DNA from: Malacoraja senta
Taxonomy: Eukaryota
Assembly: GCA_038087875.1 (NCBI GenBank)
Contig: JAXLNO010000029.1
Span: 48,914-68,913 of the forward strand
DNA: 20,000 nt
Direction: 5' to 3'
Shown here: positions 19,605 to 20,000 of the stretch, piece after piece
How the letters are laid out: each line of letters starts with the position of its first letter
How positions within the stretch are numbered: the first letter of the stretch is position 1
Translations under genes and position numbers: made by a program
The notes under the pieces: model-generated
The model's database searches: none
Told to the model about the DNA's origin: nothing
The model's input: only the letters and a program-made list of their open reading frames with translations

Positions 19605-20000
19605 ATACTTAGACTTAGTTCCTCCCACACTGTTGAGTGCATTGGGCAGCAAGCTTTCGCCATTCTGTTCGGTTATGTGCGACATCTTCCACCCTCGATA
19701 GGTTAGCGTCCCGGGCTTCCAAATCCTACCAGAATGTTCACCTCATGTGAGTTTTGGTCGGCCTCTTTTCCTTCTTCCGTCAGCTTGCCATGTCATTGCT
19801 ATCTTAGGTGCACGTTCTGCTGACATTCTGAGTACATGTCCTGCAAATTTCATCCTGCGTCCCTCCATGTCCTGGCTGAGAGGCTTTGTTGCAGTTCCCC
19901 GGTTTGTGATGTGGTCTCTGTAGCTAGTCTTCAGGATCCTCCTCAAGCAGCGTTGTTGGGATGCATCCAATTTCTTTTTCATCTTCACATTGATTTTCCA
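19605..20000 (-). mobile_element. RTE-clade LINE 3' end (runs off the window end)
   Basis: LDASQQRCLRRILKTSYRDHITN...RRMKFAGHVLRM...PKIAMTWQADGRRKRGRPKLT; the ORF end is followed immediately by a TAAGTC-type tail at 19606-19620. Confidence 0.88.

Overview
This is eukaryotic, repeat-saturated DNA, most likely from a cartilaginous fish (skate or ray; inferred from shark-type CR1, SINE and Penelope tails). I see no host gene, RNA gene or prokaryotic system. Almost the whole window is a stack of nested transposable elements whose junctions can be rebuilt to the base. A decayed Gypsy LTR retrotransposon (minus strand, 2283-13539) is split by two insertions. The first is a nearly intact L2/Crack-type LINE (plus, 2878-11357), itself split by a full-length DIRS1-type tyrosine-recombinase retrotransposon (5159-9952) with ITRs, an ICR and gag/RT/RNaseH/methyltransferase/YR remnants. 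The second is an Academ-like MITE (11619-12739) carrying a Helitron-like fragment. Flanking this are a GC-rich minisatellite, a Penelope-type repeat with a degenerate hammerhead core, a hAT transposase remnant split by a TIR element with an apparent 7-bp TSD, a BEL/Pao remnant, a second Gypsy split by Rex1/Babar (in turn hit by a CR1 tail), a candidate LTR, microsatellites, a SINE fragment and an RTE 3' end. The best observations concern the DIRS copy: its circle junction, target site and both ends share one ATT crossover core, and its ORFs are far more decayed than those of the older LINE it sits in while its cis ends are near perfect, which suggests trans-mobilisation of a defective element. 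I found no evidence of a wholly new biological system; family names come from motif recognition, not database searches.
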